DNA of 64,000 bases. It comes from Prevotella sp. (GTDB taxonomy: Bacteria; Bacteroidota; Bacteroidia; Bacteroidales; Bacteroidaceae). A program made the position numbers and the translations under genes. Numbering within the stretch: position 1 is the first letter of the stretch; each line of letters starts with the position of its first letter. Below, piece after piece: positions 19,255-28,765 of this stretch. The stretch lies in the NCBI GenBank assembly GCA_017474515.1, contig JAFVHN010000036.1, forward strand, positions 1,819 to 65,818, given 5' to 3'. A model generated the notes under the pieces. That model was not told where the DNA came from. It did not search any database and was given only the letters and a program-made list of their open reading frames with translations.

Positions 19255-21310
19255 ATTTAAGGAACGGCCTGACGCTTTTGTCGGGACCAAGATAAAAGCC
19301 TGTTTGCGTGGGCTGGTTATAGCCCGTGTTCTGCGCCGCCACGCTCAGGCGGTAGGGAATGTCTTCTTCAAGACAATTCATTCTATAGGACGTGGGAATG
19401 GCCGACACATATAGGCGCAATTCGGTGCTTTCCGCATTTCTGGCCAACACCTCCTCGCGCCAGTCGCCAAGGATGTCGGCACAAAGGCAGGGGTTCGACT
19501 TCGTGCCATTGTTGAACTGTGCTCCGGCAAAGTGCTCAACGTTTTTCATGAGCCCCGTTTCCCAATCGTACTTGCTAACGGTCTCGTGGTCAAGCATTTC
19601 GCGCAGCAGGTCACCGTCCCACCAAATTCCGAAATTGGTGGGGATGCGTGCGCCACGGATGCGCAGGCCATTATTGTCGCCGCCATCCTCAACCGCTTCT
19701 TGCGGACGGCTCGGGGCAACAATGTTTCCCTTGATGTCCCTGATTCCCCCGCTCTCGCTGCTCCACATCTCCAGGCCCGGGTTAGTTGGGTCGATGTCGG
19801 CGGCCATGCACCGCCCCACGTCCTCGTTGCTCTTTATCTGGAAGATGACGCGTCCGGTGCGTGCATCCCTGAAGTCACTGCCGTCGCGACGGTTCTCGTG
19901 GCAATCCCACACCTGCAGGTTCTCCGACGAGGGGTCGAAGGCCGTCAGGTGAAGGGCGTCGCCATGGCCCATCCCCGTGTTATAGAGTCCGCGCCCATCG
20001 TTGTCAACGGCCATGGAGCCGTAGGTAATTTCGTCGCATCCGTCGCCGTCAACATCGGCCACCCTGAGGTTATGGTTTCCTTGTCCGGCGTACGACGACC
20101 ATTCGGGGCTGTTCGTGTCAAACGTCCAGCGGTTGGTGAGCCGTCGGCCGTCCCAGTCCCAGGCGGCTATCACCGTGCGCGTATAGTAGCCGCGGCAAAA
20201 GATGCCGCTGGCCTTCACGCCGTCGAGATAGGCCACGGCGGCCAGATAGCGCTCGGAGCGGTTGGCGTGGTCATCGCCCCAGGCCGACATTTCGCCCCGT
20301 TCGGGAACATAGTCGGCGGTGGCCATCACTCCGCCTGTCAGGCCGTTGAAAACCGAAATATATTCCGGCCCGTCCATGATGCGGCCCGTCTTGTTGTCGC
20401 CGTGCACCTCGGAATTGAGGAAACTTCTGCGGCGGTTGTGAATCTCCGTGCGCGTCAGGTCTTTGGGCAGGGTCTTTTCTATTTCCTCCCATTCCCTTCG
20501 CCTTCGCATGGCATCCTCGCGCTCCTCTCTCAACTTGGCGGCATAGGCCTCGGGGTCGGCCTTGATGACATCCATGCCGCGGCGCCAGTCGGCCTGCGCA
20601 TCGCCAATCACGGTGCCCAAACCATCGATGGTGCCGTCGGCGGTCTTCACCATCAGCTCGGCACGGCCGTCGCCGTCGAAGTCATAAACCATGAACTGCG
20701 TGAAATGAGCCCCGGCACGGATATTCCGGCCCAAATCGATGCGCCAGAGGCGCGTGCCGTCAAGCCGGTAACAATCAATGAGCACATTGCCGGTGAAGCC
20801 CGCAAACATGTTGTCCTTGGAGTTCGAGGGTTCCCATTTGAGGAAAATTTCATATTGCCCGTCGCCATCTACGTCGCCGATGCTCGCGTCGTTGGCATGG
20901 TATTCGTAATTCACGCCGTCGGGCGATTGTCCGCCCTGGGGCTTTTCAATCTTTATGGGCAGGTAACCTTCCGGCGCATCGTGCTTTAATAGGAAGCGGC
21001 CGTCCTGCCCCCCACCCTTCACCTCATAGAGGGCATCGCCCTGCGAGGGGTTCTCGTCGATGAAGAATGTGCCGCCCTCGCTAAGGGGACGGTCGTTGAG
21101 CTTCCTGCCGTCGCGAAACACGTTGAAAGGCTGGCCCGTGCGGTCGCTGCTTAGCGTACGCCAACTCACCACCACCTTGTTGTCGTGGCGAATGGCCACC
21201 ACGCCGCGGTTGAGGTGCTCTCTTTTCAGCTTCTTCAGGTCATAGCGCGGCTGGCAAACGGCATGGAAAGCCAAGGCTATGGTAATAATCGTTAACAATA
21301 GTTTTTTCAT
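19253..21310 (-). CDS. Rhamnogalacturonan lyase, PL11 (YesW-like)
   Basis: LNRGVVA, ANDASIGDVDGDGQYE, NIRAGAHFTQFMVYDFDGDGRAE, RGYYTR, GHGDALH, NGTKSNP and YNQP. Confidence 0.93.
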   Translation of the reverse strand: MKKLLLTIITIALAFHAVCQPRYDLKKLKREHLNRGVVAIRHDNKVVVSWRTLSSDRTGQPFNVFRDGRKLNDRPLSEGGTFFIDENPSQGDALYEVKGGGQDGRFLLKHDAPEGYLPIKIEKPQGGQSPDGVNYEYHANDASIGDVDGDGQYEIFLKWEPSNSKDNMFAGFTGNVLIDCYRLDGTRLWRIDLGRNIRAGAHFTQFMVYDFDGDGRAELMVKTADGTIDGLGTVIGDAQADWRRGMDVIKADPEAYAAKLREEREDAMRRRREWEEIEKTLPKDLTRTEIHNRRRSFLNSEVHGDNKTGRIMDGPEYISVFNGLTGGVMATADYVPERGEMSAWGDDHANRSERYLAAVAYLDGVKASGIFCRGYYTRTVIAAWDWDGRRLTNRWTFDTNSPEWSSYAGQGNHNLRVADVDGDGCDEITYGSMAVDNDGRGLYNTGMGHGDALHLTAFDPSSENLQVWDCHENRRDGSDFRDARTGRVIFQIKSNEDVGRCMAADIDPTNPGLEMWSSESGGIRDIKGNIVAPSRPQEAVEDGGDNNGLRIRGARIPTNFGIWWDGDLLREMLDHETVSKYDWETGLMKNVEHFAGAQFNNGTKSNPCLCADILGDWREEVLARNAESTELRLYVSAIPTSYRMNCLEEDIPYRLSVAAQNTGYNQPTQTGFYLGPDKSVRPFLK

Positions 21311-21508
21311 TTAAGGTAGTATTTCTAAAAACATTGCAAAATAACGAGAAATGAAACAAAATACGCTTTGATTATTGACAAATAAAAGGAGAAACCCCAC
21401 ATTTTGTCAAAAATTATTGTTTATTGTCCTATTTCCTGCTCCTTGTCTCGACGCGGAGCCGTTGGAAAACTGACTCGTTGTCATCACGTTTGAAGAATGG
21501 GCAAAATG

Positions 21509-21542
21509 AAAAGTCCCGGACTTCACTAGGAAATCCGGGACC
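21509..21542 (-). terminator. Terminator downstream of the BspA-like gene
   Basis: GTCCCGGA...TCCGGGAC stem with an A-tract on its left. Confidence 0.7.
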
Positions 21543-21572
21543 TTGTTGATGATAGAAACATGCAGGTGATAA

Positions 21573-24500
21573 TTATTTCACGGTCACCTTCTTTCCGTTC
21601 ACGATATAGAGTCCGCGAGGCAGGCCGTCGGTGCTGGCCTCCTTGCGCAGGCGGCGACCGTCGAGGGTGAAGACGCCCTGTTTTCCTGCTTCAACGGACT
21701 TGACGGTCTTGATGGCGGTGGCATCGCTGTCGAATTCGCCAACGATGTAGTCCTTATATTCCGCCCAGGCACTCTTGTAGATACTGGCCGTTCCCATGGG
21801 AACGCGGATGACAGAACCCTCCATAAGGTCGCCAAAGACATTAACCCCCACTTGTGCCGGGGTGTGTGAAAGCACATCAATAGACAACCACTGGTCCTCA
21901 TAGCCGCAGAAGGCATAATCGCCGATGGATTTCACTGAAGCAGGAATGAGGTTGACATCGGTGGCGCCATAAAACGCGCCTTTGCCAATGGTCTCAAGCT
22001 GGGACTCCTCACTGAAGAAAGCGCCCATGCAGCCGGAGAAGGCATAATCGCCCACATGCTTGACATTCTTTCCTAATGAAATATTCTCCATCAAGGAGCC
22101 GGTGAAGGCGTAATCGCCAATCTCGGTCACGGTGGGTGGCATGTTGTAAACAATCATTCCCGGACAATAATAGAAGGCATAGTCGCCCACACGCCACAAA
22201 TAGTCGTTGTCGGGGAAGCTGACATATTCCAGGTTTTCACAGTCTTTAAAGGCGTTATCGCCGATTTCCGACAGGCCGGTGAAATAGGAGAGCTCGTCGA
22301 AAGACTTTATCTCCGTATTGCCTGTAAAGACATTTCCGAGGTCGTAAACCCTTGAGGCCTCCCACTCGTCGAGACCGCCGTCGTGGTTGCCGTCCCAATT
22401 CTCCAGGCAGAGGGCTTCCACGTTTTCGTCCTGGAACTCAATCCAATTGCCAATGCGCACCTCGTCGATAACATTTCCGGGATGCCATGTCAGCATGTCG
22501 TTTGCGCTGTAGGTGATGTAACTGACATTTGCAGGATTTACCACGCGGCAGCCTTTCAAGTTGACGGAACCCACGCGTTCGAAGACATAGTGTCTGGGAG
22601 ACTGCATGAACACTTTGGAGTTGTCGAAGTAGAACTCTGCCGGATCACCGGCCTCCTCCTGGAATCCGGTTTCCTCGTCGTAATAGCTTTCCCTGGTGGC
22701 TCCCCTCACTGCCGGGCCGTTGTCGCAGTAGATGACCGCGTCAATGTTTTTGATGGTGATGCTGTTTGTCCAGCCTACATTGACGTTATCGTTGTCTATG
22801 CCTACATTGTGCCCGCTGATGATGAGCTTGGGCTTGTGGTAGTAATAGGAATTTGTGGTACTGATATTGACATCGTTGTCGCTCTGTATCGCAATATAGT
22901 CGTCCGAGATGACGTAGTTTTCACCCTCAACCTTGATGTTTAACTCACCCCAGGAAACCCAAATGGCCGGAGTGTACGCCTCCGCTGTCTTGATGTATGC
23001 GTTTTTGAGCGTTAATTGGCCATTCTGACGGTTGTACCACACGCCTCCTACTATGTTTCTACCGTCGTTATAGGAGAACGCCCCGTCCTCGTCGAGGTTG
23101 TCTTCGGCAAGTTGCTGGCCAGCAATCCACATGTTGTATGTCTGCCTTGCCTGCATATAGGGAGAGTACTGCGGGCACCGCTGTTTGTAAAGGTCTAGGT
23201 AATAAGGTGTTACATAAATAATGGTGCTTGGGGTAAGACACCCTGCGATGGTAGCATCTGTACCGCCCAAAGCATCATGTGCGAGGGTCGGAGGAGTACT
23301 GCCTTCCATCACGATTTTCGTGATGGATGACCGGGGAGTGCCCTGCATGAACGCCTCTTCACCAATGCTCGTCACCATGGCGGGAATGGAGAGTTCGCAA
23401 AGCTCGTTGTTGCCGTAGAAGGCTTGCGAGTCGATGGTTTTAAGTTTTGAGGGCAGTGTCAGGCTCGTAAGGTTACAACTGGCGAAAGCCAGATCACCGA
23501 TGGTTTCCAAATTACTGTTAGCCTCAAAAACCACTTTCTGCAACTGTTCATTATTATAGAAAGCAGACCCCGAAATCGTTTTCACATTACGGGGAATAGT
23601 AATTTCTTGTAGTGCGCACCAAAAGAAGGAGCTCATGCCGATGGTTTTCAGGCTGGGTGGCAGCAAAACTTCACACAGGTTGGAACAATCCGCGAAATCG
23701 CCGTCAATCTGTTCCAGCCCCTTGAAATAGCGTAGCTCGGGGAAACGGGTGATTTGCTTGTTGCCCCTGAACTTGTTCCCAAGCGACGTCACCAGCCTTG
23801 CCTCAATGTAGTCGAGCTTGTTGTCTTCGTTTTCGTCCCAGTTCTGCAGGCAGATTTGCTCAACCTTGCTGTCCTGGAAGGCGATTGTTCCCGTGATGCG
23901 AATCGAAATCGGATAGAAGGGCGTGACGCCGTCGTCGGTGAACGCCATCAGGGAACTTGAGAAACTCACGTTGAGGGGCATGGTGATGGCCGAGTCGTAG
24001 CTGAGGTTCGCCACATTTTTAAACACGCCTTGGCTGTTTGTCGTGTGCGCCTTGAGCGTGCCTCCGTTCTCTATAGAAATGTCCACATAGACGGGTGGGT
24101 ACGGATTGCTGGAGCCTCCGGGATTGTAGTAACCGCTGATGCAAGAGTGCGTAGTATTGATGTCCACGTCGCAGCCGTTGATGATGAGTTCAGCGTTATA
24201 GGACTCTAAAGGCCGCGATTTGTACATGTCAATGCCATACATGTCCAGACGGGTGTCAACGCATGTGATGTTCAGCGTCGGGCGATTGCCGGCATCCGCC
24301 TCTCCGCTGACAATCTCCAACCGGTCCTCACACAAAATCGGTATGTATTGGCCGATGAGGTTATTAACGCCAATCAACTTGATAGTAAGGGATTTGTTGC
24401 TTGCATTGATACACGGTTGTCCAAAGTCCTCCGGCGTCTGACGTGAGATGATGGTGGCATTGTTGAGAACCAACGTGTTGGTGAGCGGCTCATAAGACAC

Positions 24501-24677
24501 GCCTTGTACGTAATTGTCCGACTCGTCGGTAACCTGGATGTTGTGGGCATTGGAAGAGGTGACAGGCACGCCCGCCACAAAGAAGCCATAATCAGTTTGC
24601 GCACCAATCGGCAAACAGCCAAACAGCAGTAATGCCGCCGTCAACATAATTGTTTGGGTGGGGTTAAAAATCTTCAT
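21573..24677 (-). CDS. BspA-type leucine-rich-repeat surface protein with T9SS-type C-terminal domain
   Basis: Signal peptide, many LxxIGxxAFxxC repeats and a C-terminus FTLDGRR...GLYIVNGKKVTVK. TATCTTTG promoter at 24713-24720. Confidence 0.88.
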   Translation of the reverse strand: MKIFNPTQTIMLTAALLLFGCLPIGAQTDYGFFVAGVPVTSSNAHNIQVTDESDNYVQGVSYEPLTNTLVLNNATIISRQTPEDFGQPCINASNKSLTIKLIGVNNLIGQYIPILCEDRLEIVSGEADAGNRPTLNITCVDTRLDMYGIDMYKSRPLESYNAELIINGCDVDINTTHSCISGYYNPGGSSNPYPPVYVDISIENGGTLKAHTTNSQGVFKNVANLSYDSAITMPLNVSFSSSLMAFTDDGVTPFYPISIRITGTIAFQDSKVEQICLQNWDENEDNKLDYIEARLVTSLGNKFRGNKQITRFPELRYFKGLEQIDGDFADCSNLCEVLLPPSLKTIGMSSFFWCALQEITIPRNVKTISGSAFYNNEQLQKVVFEANSNLETIGDLAFASCNLTSLTLPSKLKTIDSQAFYGNNELCELSIPAMVTSIGEEAFMQGTPRSSITKIVMEGSTPPTLAHDALGGTDATIAGCLTPSTIIYVTPYYLDLYKQRCPQYSPYMQARQTYNMWIAGQQLAEDNLDEDGAFSYNDGRNIVGGVWYNRQNGQLTLKNAYIKTAEAYTPAIWVSWGELNIKVEGENYVISDDYIAIQSDNDVNISTTNSYYYHKPKLIISGHNVGIDNDNVNVGWTNSITIKNIDAVIYCDNGPAVRGATRESYYDEETGFQEEAGDPAEFYFDNSKVFMQSPRHYVFERVGSVNLKGCRVVNPANVSYITYSANDMLTWHPGNVIDEVRIGNWIEFQDENVEALCLENWDGNHDGGLDEWEASRVYDLGNVFTGNTEIKSFDELSYFTGLSEIGDNAFKDCENLEYVSFPDNDYLWRVGDYAFYYCPGMIVYNMPPTVTEIGDYAFTGSLMENISLGKNVKHVGDYAFSGCMGAFFSEESQLETIGKGAFYGATDVNLIPASVKSIGDYAFCGYEDQWLSIDVLSHTPAQVGVNVFGDLMEGSVIRVPMGTASIYKSAWAEYKDYIVGEFDSDATAIKTVKSVEAGKQGVFTLDGRRLRKEASTDGLPRGLYIVNGKKVTVK

Positions 24678-25012
24678 AACGTTTGTCTTTGGTTAATAAT
24701 TTATTATGATGGCAAAGATAGGATTTTTCCGCCAAACTGCCAAACATTAGCCCTGTTTTTTTTCAAACCACAGTTCTATTTCCTACCGATTTATGTGGTA
24801 CTTGTAGCTTTCCTCGATGAAAGTCGCTGTTTCTTTCAATGAAACTTGGTGTGCAACCGCAAGAAACTCGCAGATATTTGGCATCACAAGAGTTGACGCA
24901 TGTCAAAAGACAATATATTTTTTGTTATCAGAACTTATTTTTAGTGTGAATCTTTCACCAATTTCTCAAGAAATGATTAACTTTGCAGCGAAAACGTAAA
25001 AGGATTGTTGAC

Positions 25013-26437
25013 ATGGGAGGCTTCTTTGGAACTATCGGCAGCAAGGACTGCATCAACGACTTGTTTTATGGAACGGACTACAACTCGCACCTCGGCACGA
25101 AGCGGGCGGGGTTGGTGACCTACGACACGGAGCATGGCTTTACGCGCAGCATCCACAGCCTGGAGCGCGACTACTTCCGCAGCCGTTTTGAGGCAGAGCT
25201 GGAGCATTTCAGGGGAAACAGCGGCGTAGGCGTCATCAGCGACACCGACCCGCAGCCCATTCTGGTGAACTCGCACCTGGGACGCTTTGCCGTGGTGACG
25301 GTGGCACGGGTGAACAACCTGCGCGAGATAGCCCGCGAGCTGATGGAGAAGCGCATGCACTTCAGCGAGATGAGCCAGAACAACATCAACCAGACGGAGC
25401 TCATTGCCCTGCTCATCAATATGGGCGACACCTTTGCCGACGGCATCAACCTGGTATATAAAAAGGTGAAGGGCTCGTGCTCCATGCTCATTCTGACCGA
25501 AGACGGCATCATCGCCGCTCGCGACGCCCTGGGCCGCACGCCCATCGTGATAGGCCGCCGCGGCGACACTTATGCCGCCACGAGCGAGTCGGCAAGCCTT
25601 CCCAATCTCAACTTTGAACTGTTAAGAGACGTTGGGCCGGGCGAAATCATAAAGCTCACCACCAATGGCATTGAGGTCATCCAGCAACCGTTCAGTCGTT
25701 GCCAGATATGCGCTTTCATGTGGGTGTACTACGGTTTCCCGGCCAGCGACTATGAAGGCGTGAACACGGAATATGTGCGCGAAGAAGCCGGCAAAGTGAT
25801 GGGACAGGAAGACGACACCGAAGCCGACTGCGTGTGCGGCATCCCCGACAGCGGCGTGGGAACGGCTCTCGGCTATGCCGAAGGCCACGGCATTCCCTAC
25901 AAGCGTGCCGTGCTGAAATACACGCCCACATGGCCCCGCAGCTTCACGCCGAGCAAACAAAGCCGCCGCAGCCTCGTGGCCAGGATGAAGCTCATTCCCA
26001 ATGCCGCCATACTGAAAGGGCAGCGCGTGGTGTTCTGCGACGATTCCATCGTTAGGGGCACGCAATTGAAGGACAACGTAAAGACGTTTTTCGAGAACGG
26101 CGCCCGCGAGGTGCATGCCCGCATTTCCTGTCCGCCGCTGGTCTATGGCTGTCCGTTCATTGCCTTCACCGCGTCGAAAAGCGACCTGGAACTCATTACG
26201 CGCCGCATCATCCAGGATTTTGAGGGCGACCCCAACAAAAATCTCGACAAATACGCCCGTACCGACAGTCCGGAATATCAGCGCATGGTAAAGGAAATCG
26301 GCGTAAGACTAGGACTTACAAGCGTGAAATTCAACAAAATAGAAACGCTTATCAAGGCCATCGGACTGCCCAAAAACCGCATCTGTACCCATTGTTTCGA
26401 CGGTTCTGGATATTATTTTGATTCAAGTGAAGAGTGA
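25013..26437 (+). CDS. purF: Amidophosphoribosyltransferase-like protein lacking the N-terminal Cys
   Basis: PRPP loop VFCDDSIVRGTQ, GIPDSG and Fe-S-type Cys (CAF, CPF, CTHCF). Starts MGGFFG. TAACTTTG promoter at 24978-24985. Confidence 0.88.
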   Translation: MGGFFGTIGSKDCINDLFYGTDYNSHLGTKRAGLVTYDTEHGFTRSIHSLERDYFRSRFEAELEHFRGNSGVGVISDTDPQPILVNSHLGRFAVVTVARVNNLREIARELMEKRMHFSEMSQNNINQTELIALLINMGDTFADGINLVYKKVKGSCSMLILTEDGIIAARDALGRTPIVIGRRGDTYAATSESASLPNLNFELLRDVGPGEIIKLTTNGIEVIQQPFSRCQICAFMWVYYGFPASDYEGVNTEYVREEAGKVMGQEDDTEADCVCGIPDSGVGTALGYAEGHGIPYKRAVLKYTPTWPRSFTPSKQSRRSLVARMKLIPNAAILKGQRVVFCDDSIVRGTQLKDNVKTFFENGAREVHARISCPPLVYGCPFIAFTASKSDLELITRRIIQDFEGDPNKNLDKYARTDSPEYQRMVKEIGVRLGLTSVKFNKIETLIKAIGLPKNRICTHCFDGSGYYFDSSEE

Positions 26438-26468
26438 AAAGTGAAGAGTGAAAAAATATACTGCCGCC
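26426..26468 (+). repeat. Heptamer array (AGTGAAG/AGTGAAA x4) with CTGCCGCC core
   Basis: Four alternating units overlapping the purF stop, followed by CTGCCGCC at 26461-26468. Confidence 0.75.
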
Positions 26469-26500
26469 ATCAGTAACGTCTAAACTCAAAAATTTATAAT

Positions 26501-27760
26501 TCATAACTTAAAGGGCAGACTGACCATTACCTCGGTTAAGTCTGCCTTTGTTCTATGTGCCTTCACGTTGGCGCCGACGGTGAAAGGACCCAAATCGTAG
26601 GCCACTCCGATACGTTCATAATAGGGCGTTTCGAGTGAACGGGCAATCTCTCCCATGTTTCGATAGACGTAAAAACCGATAGCCATCTGCAACGACAGGC
26701 GGCGGTAATAGACGTTGTGTTTGGCACTGACGCCCACCGACCATGGCGAAAGCCGTTTGTCATAGCCTCTCAGCGCATTCCATTTCTCGGCTTCCCGAGC
26801 GTAGTTGCCGTAGATGACATCTACGCCGGCGCCGGATGCCCATCGCCGCGCATACCTGCACATGAGCGACGTTTCAAAATGGTGAGTGTGCCAAATGGCG
26901 AAATCCTCCTTTCGGTAGTCAGCATCGCCGGGTTTTGCGGTGAACTGCGTGTGTTGCCATTCTTCAAGCATGGTACGTCCGCCGTAAGCGTAAGCGACGT
27001 TCAAAAACCAATATGGCTTGAACGCATGGGGGCTGAAGGCTTTGTGATTTGCCGCCACCTCATGCTGCGGCCTATAGACCACGCCCATCCTTGCCGCCAC
27101 CACATTGGCACCTTTGTTGGGCCTGTTCAACGCCCCGTTGCTGTGGTGGTAGAACTCAGCCCCCGCCTTGACGCCCCAGTTCTTTGTGACGAAATAACAG
27201 GTGCTGAGTTCCGCCCCGAAGAACACCAGCCACCGCGAACCAATCATCTCGTTGTCGATGGCATCGCGGCGGTTGTATTTCCTGCGGCTCCACCCAGTCC
27301 CGACCTTCAGGCCATAGCCCGTTTCCCATTTCCTTGTGCGGAACAGGGTTCGTGAAAATTGAGCATAGAGTGAAACGATATTCCCTTGCTGCGAGTCGTA
27401 ATCCACTTCCTGAATGTTGGGCCACTCGTTGTCAGCCCGTTTGTGCATAGTAACGCCGTGGTTCATGTTCAGCCGCAGTCCGGCCGAAAGCGAGGGAAAC
27501 GCGTAATCGGCATCAAAATCGTTGCTGTCGGAAGGCAATGCCGACCATGTAAGCATCATGTCCACAGCCACATTGTTCTGCTTCACCATCCATTTCGATT
27601 GGTATTTGTCAATGCTTACGGTCCTTCCGGGCAGCACGGACACCTCCCCTCCCCAGTGCCCCGTCCGGCGAATCGAGTCGGCTTCTTCTCCGCGCACGCC
27701 GAGCGCAGGCATAAAGAGGGTTAAAAAGAGAAACAGTGAAAAGATAACCGGTTTGTTCAA
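26501..27760 (-). CDS. Acyloxyacyl hydrolase / PagL-like outer-membrane beta-barrel protein
   Basis: Signal peptide, HHSNGALNRPNKGAN (PagL-type H-x-S-N motif) and amphipathic strands. Confidence 0.75.
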   Translation of the reverse strand: MNKPVIFSLFLFLTLFMPALGVRGEEADSIRRTGHWGGEVSVLPGRTVSIDKYQSKWMVKQNNVAVDMMLTWSALPSDSNDFDADYAFPSLSAGLRLNMNHGVTMHKRADNEWPNIQEVDYDSQQGNIVSLYAQFSRTLFRTRKWETGYGLKVGTGWSRRKYNRRDAIDNEMIGSRWLVFFGAELSTCYFVTKNWGVKAGAEFYHHSNGALNRPNKGANVVAARMGVVYRPQHEVAANHKAFSPHAFKPYWFLNVAYAYGGRTMLEEWQHTQFTAKPGDADYRKEDFAIWHTHHFETSLMCRYARRWASGAGVDVIYGNYAREAEKWNALRGYDKRLSPWSVGVSAKHNVYYRRLSLQMAIGFYVYRNMGEIARSLETPYYERIGVAYDLGPFTVGANVKAHRTKADLTEVMVSLPFKL

Positions 27761-27786
27761 CTTTTCATTCTTGATTTTATTTTTAG

Positions 27787-27818
27787 AGTTCAGGAGTTCG
27801 GGGTTCAGGAGTTCAGAC
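27787..27818 (+). repeat. Octamer (GGAGTTCA) array
   Basis: AGTTCAGGAGTTCGGGGTTCAGGAGTTCAGAC, near-identical to 42976-43008. Confidence 0.8.
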
Positions 27819-27844
27819 GATACTTTTTGGCACAGGCCAATCCC

Positions 27845-28609
27845 TCACTCTTCATCCCTGATGCCTGATTCCAACACCTTCTCGGCTCTTTCCAGGTCCT
27901 CGGGCGTATCAATTCCCACCGTTTCCAGATTGGTGATTGCCACCCTAATGACGTAACCGTTTTGCAGCCATCGCAACTGTTCCAGGCTTTCGGCCTTCTC
28001 CAGCGGACTGGGCTCCAGGCGTGTCAGCTCCTGGAGAACTGCGTTTCTGTAGGCATACAGGCCAATGTGCTTGAGGAACGTATGGCTTTTCAGCCACTCC
28101 TCCTGCCCCACCCCTCTGAGGTAGGGAATGATGCTGCGGCTGAAATACATGGCGCGCCCTTTCAGGTCGGTCACCAATTTGGGACTGTTGGGATTGCTCA
28201 GCGCCTGGAAGTCCTGTTCGGCAGTGAAGGGTTTTCCCAGTGTGGCAATCTGCGTGTCCTGGTCTTCAAAACATCGGCATACGGCTTCTATCTGCGAGGT
28301 GTGAATAAAAGGCTCGTCGCCCTGAATGTTTACTATCACGTCGGCATCGGTGTTCAGGATGCGTGCGGCCTCGGCAATGCGGTCGGTGCCGCTGCGGTGT
28401 GCCGTGCTCGTCATGACGGCCTGTCCGCCGAACGCTGTCACGGCATCGTAGATGCGCTCGTCGTCGGTGGCCACCCAGGTATCGTCGAGCACTCGCGACG
28501 ACTGTTCGTAAACTCTCTGAATAACGGTTTTGCCGCCAAGCATGGCAAGGGGCTTTCCCGGAAAGCGCGTAGAAGCATAACGCGCTGGAATAATGGCTAT
28601 TGCTTTCAT
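27845..28609 (-). CDS. kdsB: 3-deoxy-manno-octulosonate cytidylyltransferase
   Basis: IIPARYASTRFPGKPLA, SGTDR, NIQGDEP, YFSRS and LEQLRWL. Confidence 0.97.
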   Translation of the reverse strand: MKAIAIIPARYASTRFPGKPLAMLGGKTVIQRVYEQSSRVLDDTWVATDDERIYDAVTAFGGQAVMTSTAHRSGTDRIAEAARILNTDADVIVNIQGDEPFIHTSQIEAVCRCFEDQDTQIATLGKPFTAEQDFQALSNPNSPKLVTDLKGRAMYFSRSIIPYLRGVGQEEWLKSHTFLKHIGLYAYRNAVLQELTRLEPSPLEKAESLEQLRWLQNGYVIRVAITNLETVGIDTPEDLERAEKVLESGIRDEE

Positions 28610-28765
28610 CTTTTCAATATTTTGTCATTGTTTTTCGGTTCTCATTTTCGCCTAAAGGCACGGTCTTACAGCAAGATTTACGTTACGTTTCCAAACTTTT
28701 GTTGTGAGACAAAGGCTGATTAAGCAAACAATCCCGCCCCAAAAGGAGGAACTACAATCCTTCAA

